Shown here: piece after piece, positions 42,076 to 52,575 of the stretch
Numbering within the stretch: the stretch's first letter is position 1
How the letters are laid out: each line of letters starts with the position of its first letter
DNA from: an uncultured delta proteobacterium
GTDB lineage: Bacteria > Myxococcota_A > Polyangia > Palsa-1104
Assembly: GCA_963785725.1 (NCBI GenBank)
Contig: CAWAWS010000018.1
Location: 32,001-96,000, forward strand
Direction of reading: 5' to 3'
Length of the DNA: 64,000 nucleotides
Made by a program: the position numbers and the translations under genes
Notes under the pieces: model-generated
The model's input: only the letters and a program-made list of their open reading frames with translations
Told to the model about the DNA's origin: nothing
The model's database searches: none

Positions 42076-45000
42076 ATGCTGGTGCGCACGAGTCTTGGGA
42101 CGATGATGACGTGGCTCGCGGTCACGGTGGCCGTGGCTGTGGCTGCACCGGACCGGGCGGCGGCGGCCGAGCCCAACTGGTTCACGCGCGACCTGGCGGC
42201 GCGGCAGGCGCGCTTCGATAGAGAGGGGCGCCATCCGCAAGCGCTGGTGCCGCTGCTCGGCATCGTCACCGATCTATGGGATGGCCTCGATGACCGCGCG
42301 CCACTCGTCGCATTGCTCGATCGCGCGGTCGGGTCGACGGTCGCGCGCGCCGATGTGCGCGCCCGGGCGGCGTTCGTGCGCTCGCTCCTGCTCGACCGGC
42401 TGGGCAAGACCTCGGACGCCGAGGCCGAGCGCGCGAAGTTGGGCCTGCTGACGCAGTTTTGGGTCGTCGGGCCGTTCGACAACGAAGGCCGCACCGGTCA
42501 CGCGACGGTCTTCGGACCCGAGAAGCAGCTCTTGGCCGTGCCGCGCACCGACGCCAAGTTCGACGGCAAAGAGCGCGCGGTCACGTGGCGGCGCATGCCG
42601 GCGATCGCCGCGCAAGGGATGGTCTCGCTCGACGCCATGCTGCGGCCCGACACCAACGTCACGGCCTATCTGACGACGATGGTGCACGTGCCGAAGGCGA
42701 CGCGCGCGGCCTTGCGCGTCGGCAGCTCGGGCGCCATCGCCGCCTGGGTGAACACGACGCGCGTCTTGTCGCGCGACGTCTATCGGCCGGTGCGCTTCGA
42801 TCAAGATGCGGTGCCGGTGGAGCTGGCGGCGGGCTGGAATCGCGTGACCATCAAGCTGTCGACGCTCGACGGCGCCTGGTCCATGTTCGCGCGGCTGAGC
42901 GCGCCCGACGGCGGTCCGCTGCACGACCTCGAGTCGTCGATCGCGCCCGAGACGTTCCCGCTCGTCAGCAAAAAGCCGACGGCGGTCGCGCACTTTGCCG
43001 TCACCGACCTGCGCCGCGAGCTGGAGACGGCGACGCGCCAGCATCCGCGCGACGCGCAGGCTTGGAGCGACTTGGGCCTCTATCTAATGCATGTCGCGCC
43101 CGACGATCCCGAGCAGCGCGCGGCGGCGCAAGCGTTCGACAAGGCGGCCAAGCTCGCGCCGTCGCCGAACGCCTTTCGCCTCTTGGCGCTCGCCGAGCCG
43201 GACGCCAACGACAAGCGGCGCGCGCTCGAAAACGGCCTCTCGCCGGCGGTGAGCGGCAACGCGCCCAAAGCGGAGCTGGCGCCGCTCTACAGCGCGCTCG
43301 GCGAGATGTACCAGCGCGCGCGCCGCGAGCGTCGCGCCGAAGAGCTATGGCTCGATGGGCTGGCCGACGATCCGACCTACTGGCCGCTGACGCTGCAGCT
43401 GGCGCAGCTGGCGTCCGACCGCGGCGTGCCGTCGCGGGCGGCCGAGATGTTGGCGACGCTCGAGCTGGCGCATCCGACGCTGCGGGTCTTGCGCGCCGAG
43501 GCGCAGCTGGCCGTGCGCCGCGGCCGCCGCACCGACGCGCAGAAGCTGTATCAGCGCGTGGCCGAGGCCGAGCGCGACGACACCGACGCCCTGCGCGAGC
43601 TGTACGGCTTTGCCCGCGCCGAAGGCTCGTCGTCGGCGGCGCTGGCGTTCGCCGATCGCATCGCGGCCGTGCGACCCGACGTGCTGCAGACGGCGATCGA
43701 TCGCGCCGACGTGCTGGAAGCGGTCGGCAAAGGCGGCGAAGCGCACGACGCGCTGCTCGTCGGCTTGGCGGTGGCGCCGGACGAGACGCGGCTGCTCGAG
43801 CGCGACGGCCGCCTCCTGCATCGGCTGGGACGCGATCCGGAAGCGCTGGCGGAGCTCAAGCACGCGCTCGAGGTCCGCCCGCAAAATCCCGAGCTGCGTC
43901 AATATTTGCAGACGCTGGAGAAAGAGGAGCGCGGCAGCGACTTGGCGCGCGCCTGGGCCGTCGACGTCGCGCAGCTGATCGCGAAGACGCCGAAAGCGGA
44001 CCCCAAGCTCGATCGGGCGCGCGTGCTCTATGACCAGTCGGTGACGCGCGTGCATCCGAACGGGCTGTCGGAGAGCTTTCAGCAGCGCGTGGTCGAGATC
44101 CTCGACGATCGCGGCGCGCGCGAAGAGGGCGCCGCCGACATTCGCTACACGCCGGACACGCAATCGGTCGAGGTGCGGGCGGCGCGCGTCTACAAGAAGT
44201 CGGGCGAAGTGGTGGAGGCGACGTCGTCGGCGGAGCACGACGTGAGCGAGCCTTGGTACGGCCTTTATTACGACGTCAAATCGCAGTCGATCGAGTTCGA
44301 CGCGCTCGAGCCGGGCGACGTCGTCGACGTCGAATACGTCATCAGTGACGTCGCGCGGCGCAACATGTTCGCCGACTACTTCGGCGATCTGCACGTGCTG
44401 CAAGAGGGGCTGCCGCGGCTCGACACGCGTTACGTCTTGATCGCGCCGAAGAACAAGACGCTCTATTTCAACAAGCCGCACCTCGCCAACGGCTTGCGGT
44501 TCGACGAGAAGGTGAGCGGCGACGAGCGCATTTACACCTTCGCGGCGCACGAGGTGCCGAAGGTCGACGTCGAGCCGGGCATGCCGGGATTTACCGACGT
44601 CGCGGCGTACGTGCACGTGTCGACGTACAAAACCTGGGACGAGGTGGCGACCTGGTATCGCGGGCTCGTCGCCGAGCAGCTGCAGACGAGCCCGCAGATC
44701 CACGACGCCGTGGCGCAGGCCGCGGCCGGGTTGACCGACGAGCGCGCGCGCATTCGCGCCGTCTACGATCTCGTCGTGCGCAAGACGCGCTACGTCGGGC
44801 TCGAGTTCGGCATTCACGGCTATCAGCCCTATCGCACGACGCAGGTGTTCGCGCGCAAGTTCGGCGACTGTAAAGACAAGGCGTCGCTGCTCGTCGTCAT
44901 GCTGCGCGAGATCGGCGTCGAGGCGACGCTGGTGTTGGCGCGCACGCGGCACGGCGGCGATCTCGACGCCGAGCCGGCGTCGCTGGCGCCGTTCGATCAC

Positions 45001-45797
45001 GCCATCGTCTACGTGCCCAAATACGACCTGTTTCTCGACGGAACGGCCGAGTTCTCGGGTGCCGACGAGCTGCCGGCGCAGGATCAGGACATCCCGGTGT
45101 TGATCGTCAACGAAGGCAAGCTCAAGCGGACGCCGGTGTTGTCGGCGGCGCACAACCGCGTGGCGACGGAGCTGCACGTGCAGCTCGACGGCAACGGCGC
45201 GGCGCAAAGTGGACGAGCACGTCGTCGTCGCCGGCGAGGTGGCGCACGAGTGGCGCGCCGCACTATCAGTCGCCGGGCGAGCGGCTCGAGCGCTACGGCA
45301 AGGCGTGGGCGGCCAAGCATCCGGGCGCGCGCGTGGTCGCCGTCGACATGCCGGGCGTGGGCGATCGCGAGCGGCCGGTCGACGTGCACGCCAAAGTCGA
45401 TGTGCCCGATTGGGCGCGCGCCGAGCAGACGGCCGGCGGCGAGCACGACCTCGTCATGCCGGCGATCGGACGCGAGGCCGACATGCTGCGCTCGTACGCG
45501 CGGCTGTCGGCGCGGCAATACGATCTCGTGCTCGGCTTCCCGTGGCAGCAGGACGACAAAGTGACCGTGAGCGTGCCGGCCGGTCTGGCGGTCAAGCGGT
45601 TGCCCGAAGCGCGAACGGTGACGGCGCCGTTCGGTCACTTCACGCTGACGGCGCACGAGGTCGCGGGCGCGGTCGAGGTCGACGCCGCGCTGGAGGTCGA
45701 TCGCCATCGCATCGCGCGCGAGGACTACGCCGCCTTTCGTCGCTTCTGCGCCGACGTCGACGCGGCGCTCGCCCAGGACGTGGTGATCGGCAAGTGA
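42076..45797 (+). CDS. TPR + DUF3857 + transglutaminase-like protein, two apparent +1 frameshifts (~45207, ~45259)
   Basis: Signal peptide; WVVGPFDN beta-sandwich, TPRs, LEPGDVV, RYVGLEFG, GDCKDKASL, FDHAI, FLDGT; frame restored as AQ/VDEHVVVAGEVAHEWRA/HYQSPGER...VVIGK. Confidence 0.85.
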
Positions 45798-48700
45798 CGC
45801 GCCTGCTCGCTCTTTCGTGCCTCTTCGTGACCGGTTGCGCGGCGATGCAGCCGAAGCCGACGCCGCCGGTCGATTCGGCCGGTCAGCGCGGCTGGCAGGC
45901 TTGGCTCGCCGGCGACAGCCAGCGCGCCGGTCAACAGTTCGCCGCGGCGCCGCCCGACGACGCGCGCGCACTCTATGGTCGCGCGCTGCTCCTGCACGAG
46001 CGCGCCGACTGGGATCGGGCGTGGTCGGCGTGGCTGGCCGTGCTCGAGGGCGCGACCCAGCATCCGCACGATGGGTGGTGGAGCGCGCTCGGCGACTCGG
46101 CCGCCGACAAGCTGGCGCAGCTGACCGGCGAAGTGCCGGGCGAGCCGCTGCAAGCGCAGAAGCTGGCGGCGCTCGACCTCGACAAGCTGAGCCTCTCGGC
46201 GCGGCGCGCGGTCCTCGGCATGCGCGCCAGCTACGCGCGCCGCTTCGGACAGGAGGCGGTCGCCCGCGAGCTCGAGCGCGCACGCGGCTGCGCCGATCGC
46301 TGGTTCATCGCCGGCGCCTACGGCACGTTGCCGCGGCTCGACCTGCAGAAGAGCTACGGCCCCGAGCTCGACCTCGATCGCGAGCGGCTGCGCGCGCTGC
46401 CGACGCGCGGCTGCGCCGTCGGGGTCGAGGCCGAGCGTGGCCGTTCGGGCGTGCTCTACGCCGTGCAGTGGTGGAAGGCGGCGCACCGGACCGAGGCGCG
46501 CATCATCATCGACAGCGATCAGCCGTGGCGCCTCTTCGTCGACGATACGGCGCTGTTCGACGCCATCGATGTCGCGCGCGTGCCGGCGCGGGTGCGGACG
46601 CTCGTCGTGCCGCTGTCGGCGGGCTGGCATCGCGTCGTCGTCAAGCTGGCGGGCACGGGCGGTCGCGCCGACGTCGAGCTGGCGGTCGTCGCCGAATCCG
46701 AGGCGCTCACGGCCTGGACCGGCGACGCGGCCAGCGCGCCCAAGACGACGCCGTCCAAGTCGCTGAGCGCGGTCGAGCTCAAGGCCGATTGGCCGACCAT
46801 CGCGCCGGCGCCGGATGGGCCCAATGGCGCCGATGCGGCCAACGTCGATCGCTCGCTGCTCGACTTTCTCGTCGCGCACGCCGCCCATCGCGACGGCGAC
46901 AACGACGCCGGCGAAGACGCGCTCGCTCGTCTGACGCGCCGCTCACCCAAGTTCGCGCCGGCGCAGCTCATGGCCGCGCAGCTGCACGCCGACGATCCGT
47001 CGATTCCGGCGCGGCTCGCGCGCGACGAAGGCCGCCGCGCCCTCGAACGCGCGCTGGCCCTCGACCCGACGCTCGAACGCGCGCGCTACAACCTGGCGCT
47101 GATGGAGCTGAACGCCGATCGTCCGCGCGAAGCCTTGGCGCGGCTCGATCAGGTGACCGCGTCGTCGAGCTGGCGCTTCCAATTCGCGCGCTATCAGGCG
47201 CTCAAGCAGCGCGGCTGGGCGCGCGAGGCCGACTTGGCGCTCGCCGAAGCGCGCCGCCGCGATCCCGAAGCCTGCCTGGCGCTCTTGGCCGACGTCGAGC
47301 TCAAGCGCGAGCGGCACGAGGTGCGCGAGGCGCTGGCGCTGGCGCGGCAGGCCGTCGGCTGCGGCGGCGGCAACGACGAGCTGGCCGACCTTCTGCGCAC
47401 GACCGGCGACCTCGCCGGCGCCATCGCCGAATATCGCCGCTTGTTGGCGCTCGATCCCATGCGCGAGAGCGTGCGCTCGGGGCTGGCCGAGACGCTGGCG
47501 CAAGCGGGCGACGACAAAGGCGCCGCCGCCGAGCTGACGCAGCTGGTGGCGCGCTATCCCAAGATCTCGCATTACCGCCGCGAATTGGCCGATCGGCTGT
47601 TCGCGCTCGGCGACGTCAAGAGCGCGCATCAAGTCATCGTCGCCGGCCTGGCCGAGACGCCCGAGAGCCAAGAGCTGCACCGCGCGCTGGCCGCGCTCTG
47701 CCCGGCGTCGAGCACCGAGCGCTGTCCCGGCATCATGGACGCGTTCCGCGTCGACGGCCGCGCCACCATCGCCGCCTTCGAAGCCGACAGCACCAAGCCG
47801 CGCTGGGACACGCCCGCCGTCATCGTCCTCGATCGCACCGTCACGCGCGTGTTCGCCACCGGCGCGCGCCTGACGCTGACGCACTCGATCGTCCGCGTAC
47901 AGGACAAGGACGCCATCGACAAGTTCGGCGAGGTGACCATCCCCAGCGACGCCGACGTCCTCGTCCTACGCACCATCAAAGCCGACGGGACCACGCGCGA
48001 GCCCGAAGAGATCGGCGAAAAAGAGAGCGTCTCGGTGCCCGACTTGGAGCCGGGCGATTATGTCGAGTACGAATGGGTGGAGGCGTCGGCGCCGCCGGCG
48101 GCCTTTCCGGGCGGGTTCATCGCCGAGCGCTTCTATTTCTCGTCTTACGATGCGCCGCTGTACGAGAGCATTTACGTCGTCGTCGCGCCGTCGGATCTGA
48201 AGCTGCAAGTGGACCGCCGCGGTCAAGACGTGCCGGCGCCGGTGACGAACAAGTCGAACGATGGCTTGGCCGTGACGACCTACGTGACGCACTTGGCGCC
48301 GCAGCTCTTCGCCGAGCCCTCGTCCGCGCCGTTCGCCGAGTATTTGCCGTCGGTGCGCGTGGCGTCGGGCCTGTCGTTGCCGGCGTGGAAGGACTATCTC
48401 ACCGATCAAAACCTGCTAGCCGAGCGCGCCAACAACGCCATCCGCCGCGTCGCCGCCGACGCCACGCGTGGTCTGCACGGCGACGCCGAGAAGATCCGCG
48501 CGCTCGACGCCTGGGTGCGCAAGCACATCAAGGGCGGCGGCGCGCTCGACGAAGCGGCGACGTCGATCCTGGCGCGCGAGGAGGGCAATCGCGTGACGCT
48601 GTTGACGGCGCTCTTGCGTGCGGCCGACGTCCACGCCGACGTCTGGCTCGTGCGTTCGCCGCGCAGCCCGCTGCTCGACGGTGAGCTGCCCGATCTCGAA

Positions 48701-49498
48701 GGCTATGACGAGCCGATTCTGATCGCCGCCGGGCAAGAGATCGATCCGCGCTGGCGGCACGCGCCGGCGGGCTTCGTCACGCCCAGCCTGCGCGGCGGCA
48801 CCGCCTTTGCGCTCGCCGCCGGCCCGCTGCGCACGCGCACGCTCGCCGCCACCAACCCCGACGATCGCCGCATGCAGTTCGACGTGCGCCTCGCCGCCGA
48901 CGGCTCGGGCGACGTCACCGTGCGCGAAGACTTACGCGGCTGGCCCGCCGTCGAATGGCGCGAGGCGCTCGAGAAGCTCGCCGCCGATCGCGTCAACGCC
49001 GAGTTCGAGCAGCACACGCTCGGCTTCCACTTCCCCGGTGCGTCACTCGTGAGCCTGGGCTGGGAAGGCAAAGACGATGACGCCGCGCCCTTCGTCGTCA
49101 GCTATCGCTTTCACGCGCCGCAGCTCGGTCGCCGCGTCGGCCGCGACCTCGTCGTGACCGCGCCCTTCGCCGCGCAGCTCGGCCGTCGCTACATCGGCGT
49201 CGCCGCGCGCACGACGCCGATGCAGCTCGACTACACGCCGCCGACGCAGCTGCACGCGCGCATCACCTTGCCGGCACACTCGATCGCCTCCTTGCCGCCG
49301 GCGGTGCGCGCGCAGGAGCCGTTCGCGCTCTTCGAGCAGTCGGTGTCGTCGGGCGCGGGCGCGGTCGAGCTGGACGCGCGCTTCGTCATGTCGGACACGC
49401 GGCTGCCGGCGGCGAGCTATCGCGAGCTCGTCGACTTCGCCCAGCGCGTCGACCGCGCCGAGGCCAAGGCGCTGGAAATTCGCCCCGCCCAGAAGTAG
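45794..49498 (+). CDS. TPR + DUF3857 lipoprotein with degenerate transglutaminase-like domain
   Basis: GTG start (GTGA overlap), lipobox VTGC; TPRs, LRTIKADG..EPE, PDLEPGDYVE; EGNRV in place of GDC. Confidence 0.83.
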   Translation: MTRLLALSCLFVTGCAAMQPKPTPPVDSAGQRGWQAWLAGDSQRAGQQFAAAPPDDARALYGRALLLHERADWDRAWSAWLAVLEGATQHPHDGWWSALGDSAADKLAQLTGEVPGEPLQAQKLAALDLDKLSLSARRAVLGMRASYARRFGQEAVARELERARGCADRWFIAGAYGTLPRLDLQKSYGPELDLDRERLRALPTRGCAVGVEAERGRSGVLYAVQWWKAAHRTEARIIIDSDQPWRLFVDDTALFDAIDVARVPARVRTLVVPLSAGWHRVVVKLAGTGGRADVELAVVAESEALTAWTGDAASAPKTTPSKSLSAVELKADWPTIAPAPDGPNGADAANVDRSLLDFLVAHAAHRDGDNDAGEDALARLTRRSPKFAPAQLMAAQLHADDPSIPARLARDEGRRALERALALDPTLERARYNLALMELNADRPREALARLDQVTASSSWRFQFARYQALKQRGWAREADLALAEARRRDPEACLALLADVELKRERHEVREALALARQAVGCGGGNDELADLLRTTGDLAGAIAEYRRLLALDPMRESVRSGLAETLAQAGDDKGAAAELTQLVARYPKISHYRRELADRLFALGDVKSAHQVIVAGLAETPESQELHRALAALCPASSTERCPGIMDAFRVDGRATIAAFEADSTKPRWDTPAVIVLDRTVTRVFATGARLTLTHSIVRVQDKDAIDKFGEVTIPSDADVLVLRTIKADGTTREPEEIGEKESVSVPDLEPGDYVEYEWVEASAPPAAFPGGFIAERFYFSSYDAPLYESIYVVVAPSDLKLQVDRRGQDVPAPVTNKSNDGLAVTTYVTHLAPQLFAEPSSAPFAEYLPSVRVASGLSLPAWKDYLTDQNLLAERANNAIRRVAADATRGLHGDAEKIRALDAWVRKHIKGGGALDEAATSILAREEGNRVTLLTALLRAADVHADVWLVRSPRSPLLDGELPDLEGYDEPILIAAGQEIDPRWRHAPAGFVTPSLRGGTAFALAAGPLRTRTLAATNPDDRRMQFDVRLAADGSGDVTVREDLRGWPAVEWREALEKLAADRVNAEFEQHTLGFHFPGASLVSLGWEGKDDDAAPFVVSYRFHAPQLGRRVGRDLVVTAPFAAQLGRRYIGVAARTTPMQLDYTPPTQLHARITLPAHSIASLPPAVRAQEPFALFEQSVSSGAGAVELDARFVMSDTRLPAASYRELVDFAQRVDRAEAKALEIRPAQK

Positions 49499-49576
49499 CC
49501 CGCGCACCCGCACACACTCTTCGTGTCGATTCGTCCACGAGGGCGCGCAACGCCGCGTCCGCCGTGCATCTCCCGC

Positions 49577-49592
49577 TGGCACGTCGGCTGCT
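49577..49592 (+). promoter_or_regulatory. sigma54 (-24/-12) promoter
   Basis: TGGCACG-TCGG-CTGCT, 31 nt upstream of the TPR gene; inverted repeat TCGTG/CACGA at 49521-49540. Confidence 0.7.
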
Positions 49593-49623
49593 TTAGCGAC
49601 GAAAGCGAAAGGGGAACACGACC

Positions 49624-50415
49624 ATGCGTAATCTTCACTTTGTCTTGCGGGCGTTTGCGGGAGCGGTTGCGGTGACGACGTTGGTGGCTTGCGAGGAGGA
49701 GACGCCGGTCAAGCGGCCGACGCCGACGGTGAGCGCGCCGGCGCAGCCGAAGCCGGAGGAGCGCGTCGCCATGCCGGTGCCGCCGCCGGCGCCGATCGTC
49801 GTCAAGCCGGTGGCGCCGCCGACGGTCGCCGCGACCGACAAAGGCGCGCCCGACAAAGACGACAGCGGCGAGCCCGAGGATCTGGTGTCGGCGGCGCGCG
49901 CGGCGCTCGGCAAAGGCGAGCTCGATCGCGCGCTCAAGCTGGCGCGGCTGGCGACCAAGCGCAATGCGCAGCGGTCGTCGGCGTGGAACACGCTCGGTCG
50001 CGTGCAGCTCAAGCGCGGCCTGCGCAAGGAGGCGATCGCGAGCTTCCAGGAAGCGGTGGAGCGCAATCCGTCGTCGAGCTACGCGCAGAACAACTTGGGG
50101 CTGGCGCTGATCTACGACGGGCAGTTCGACGAGGCGGTCGGCCCGCTGGAAGAGGCGACGCAGCTGTCGCCGGTCGAGGGTTATATGTGGAACAACCTCG
50201 GCATGGCCTACGAGCACCTCGATCGGCTGGAGGAGGCGCGCGACGCTTACCAGACGGCGATGCAGCTGGCGGTGCCGCGCGCGAAGGAGAACTTCGCGCG
50301 GCTGCAAGGCGTCAAGAGCGTGCGCACCGCCAGCGCCGACGTGACGCCGACGGCGCCGGCGGACGACTACATGCCGCACGATGAAGTCGGCACCGACGAC
50401 GCCGGCGCCAACTAA
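49624..50415 (+). CDS. Tetratricopeptide-repeat lipoprotein
   Basis: Lipobox LVAC, Pro-rich linker, TPRs (AWNTLG, AQNNLG, MWNNLG); AGGGG RBS. Confidence 0.88.
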   Translation: MRNLHFVLRAFAGAVAVTTLVACEEETPVKRPTPTVSAPAQPKPEERVAMPVPPPAPIVVKPVAPPTVAATDKGAPDKDDSGEPEDLVSAARAALGKGELDRALKLARLATKRNAQRSSAWNTLGRVQLKRGLRKEAIASFQEAVERNPSSSYAQNNLGLALIYDGQFDEAVGPLEEATQLSPVEGYMWNNLGMAYEHLDRLEEARDAYQTAMQLAVPRAKENFARLQGVKSVRTASADVTPTAPADDYMPHDEVGTDDAGAN

Positions 50416-50481
50416 TCAGCGCCGCTCCAACGGGCTGATCCTACCGTTACGGCGCAACCTCGCGCCGCCTCCACACGAAAT

Positions 50482-50955
50482 TCACTGGCCCTGGTCGATG
50501 GGGACGTCGGTGAACGTGCCGCTGGTTTCGCAGTCGTTGGGCCCGCTGCCGACGAAATCGCCGCTCACCTTGCCGCTCGTCGGCGTCAAGTGGATGACGG
50601 CCGCGGTGGTGGCGCAGCCGGCGCCGCCCAAGTAGACGCTCATCTGTGTCGTCGACGTGGCCGAGATCGAGAGCGTGACGGCGTCGCCGGCCAGGAGCTG
50701 CGCCTTGCCGTCGAGGCCGCTGACGTCGTCGGTGCCGATGACGAGCCCGAAGACGAGCGCCGCCGACGTGCCGTTGAGCGTCATGGGCGTGGCCGTGGCG
50801 TCGACGAGCGCCTTGGTCGTCAAGGCCGGGCCGCTATTGAGCGTCGCCGAGATGCTGCCGCCCGGTTCGACGTGCGGCGTCACGAGGTCGGTCACCGGCG
50901 ACCAGCAGCCGCTCAGCGCAAAAATCGACAGCAGACCGAGCCAATGACGCCTCAC
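50482..50955 (-). CDS. Hypothetical lipoprotein (Ser/Thr/Gly-rich)
   Basis: VRRHWLGLLSIFALSGC lipobox; TAGGCT 7 nt upstream. Confidence 0.7.
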   Translation of the reverse strand: MRRHWLGLLSIFALSGCWSPVTDLVTPHVEPGGSISATLNSGPALTTKALVDATATPMTLNGTSAALVFGLVIGTDDVSGLDGKAQLLAGDAVTLSISATSTTQMSVYLGGAGCATTAAVIHLTPTSGKVSGDFVGSGPNDCETSGTFTDVPIDQGQ

Positions 50956-51011
50956 GGCCCCTAGCCTAGCCGCGATCGTGCGTCGCGGCAATTTCTGACG
51001 TATTCTGGCGT

Positions 51012-52568
51012 ATGGTGCGCCGTATCCTCGTCGCCGCAGTCGCTCTGACGGCATGCTTCGCCTGCGCGCCCGACAAGCCGCGCGGCGACACGACGGTGCT
51101 CGTCGGCCGCGCGTCGGACGCGCTGGCGCTCGATCCGGCGCGCATCGCCGACATCGAGTCGTCGGAAGTGACCGAGCAGCTCTTCGATCATTTGGTGCGC
51201 TACAAAGCCGACTCGACCGAGATCGAGCCGGCGCTGGCCGAGAGCTGGGAGAAGTCGCCCGACGGTCGCGTGTGGACGTTCCATCTGCGCCGCAATGTGC
51301 GCTTCCACGACGGCACACCCTTCGACGCCGACGCGGTCGTCTTCAGCTTCGACCGTCAGCGCGACCCGCGCCATCCGCACCATCAGTCCGACTTCGTTTA
51401 CTGGGAGACCAACTTCCGCAACATTCAGTCGGTCGATCGCGTCGATTCGTACACCGTGCGCATCACGATCGATCGGCCCTATGCGCCGTTTCTGGCGAAC
51501 TTGGCGATGTTCCCCGTGTCGATCGTGTCGCCGGCGGCGGTGCGTAAGTACGGCGCCGATTTCGCGCGTCATCCCGTCGGCACGGGGCCGTTTCGCTTCG
51601 TCGAGTGGTCGCCGGGCGAGCGCATCATTTTGGCCGCGAATCCCAATTATTGGGGCGGCGCGCCGCACATCCAGCACCTCGTGTTCGTGACCATCCGCGA
51701 CGCGCGCCAGCGCCTCGTCGCGCTCGAAGGCGGCGCCATCGACGTGGCCGAGAACCTGTCGCCCGAAGATCTGCAGTTCGTGGCGCTGCATCCCGAGCTG
51801 CGGCTCCTGCGTTCGTCGGGCAACAACGTGGCCTATCTGGCGATGAACACGCAGCATCCGCCCTTCGACGACGTGCGCGTGCGGCGCGCGGTCAACTACG
51901 CCATCAACAAGACGGCGATCGTCAAGCTCCTGTTTCAAGGGCAGGCGCAGCCGGCGACGTCGCCGCTGCCGCCGTCGGTGTGGGGTCACGTCGACGAGCC
52001 GCTCTATCGCTACGATCGCGAGGAGGCGATGAAGCTGCTGGCCGAGGCGCACTACACGCGGCCGCAGCATCTGCCGAAGCTGTACGTCATGGACACGCCG
52101 CGCGATTACATGCCGGCGCCGGAGACGCTGGCGCGCATGATCCAGCACAACTTGCGCGACGTCGGCATGGACGTGGAGGTCGTGGTCAACGACATCGACA
52201 CCGACGTCAGGCTGACGCAAAACGGGCAGCACGACCTGTGCTTGCTCGGCTGGTCGGCCGACGCCATCGACCCCGACAATTTCCTCTACGTGCTCTTCGA
52301 CTCGGACAACGCCGAGCCGGGCACGGCGCGCAACCTCGCCTTCTTCAAGAACGCCGAGCTGCACGGCATCTTGGCGTGGGCGCAAGAGTCGTCGGATCGG
52401 GCCGAGCGCGAGCGCTATTACAAGAAGGCGCAGGACATCATCGCCAAGCAGGCGCCGTGGGTGCCGCTGGCGCACGGCGACTCGGTGCTGGCGGTGCGCG
52501 CGTCGCTGGGCGGGCTGCAGATTCAGCCGCTCGTCGGCATCTACTTTCAGCCGGTATTCCGGCGATGA
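51012..52568 (+). CDS. DppA-like family 5 substrate-binding lipoprotein
   Basis: LDPA, IEPALAESWE, LRRNVRFHDGTPFDADAV, PVGTGPF, PPFDDVRVRRAVNYAIN, DPDNFL, APWVPLAH. Confidence 0.92.
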   Translation: MVRRILVAAVALTACFACAPDKPRGDTTVLVGRASDALALDPARIADIESSEVTEQLFDHLVRYKADSTEIEPALAESWEKSPDGRVWTFHLRRNVRFHDGTPFDADAVVFSFDRQRDPRHPHHQSDFVYWETNFRNIQSVDRVDSYTVRITIDRPYAPFLANLAMFPVSIVSPAAVRKYGADFARHPVGTGPFRFVEWSPGERIILAANPNYWGGAPHIQHLVFVTIRDARQRLVALEGGAIDVAENLSPEDLQFVALHPELRLLRSSGNNVAYLAMNTQHPPFDDVRVRRAVNYAINKTAIVKLLFQGQAQPATSPLPPSVWGHVDEPLYRYDREEAMKLLAEAHYTRPQHLPKLYVMDTPRDYMPAPETLARMIQHNLRDVGMDVEVVVNDIDTDVRLTQNGQHDLCLLGWSADAIDPDNFLYVLFDSDNAEPGTARNLAFFKNAELHGILAWAQESSDRAERERYYKKAQDIIAKQAPWVPLAHGDSVLAVRASLGGLQIQPLVGIYFQPVFRR

Positions 52569-52575
52569 GTCGTCG

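Noticed and set aside
45209..45793. 195-aa N-terminal extension of the second DUF3857 protein
   Set aside because: Artefact of frameshifts in the upstream gene; the lipoprotein signal begins at GTG 45794
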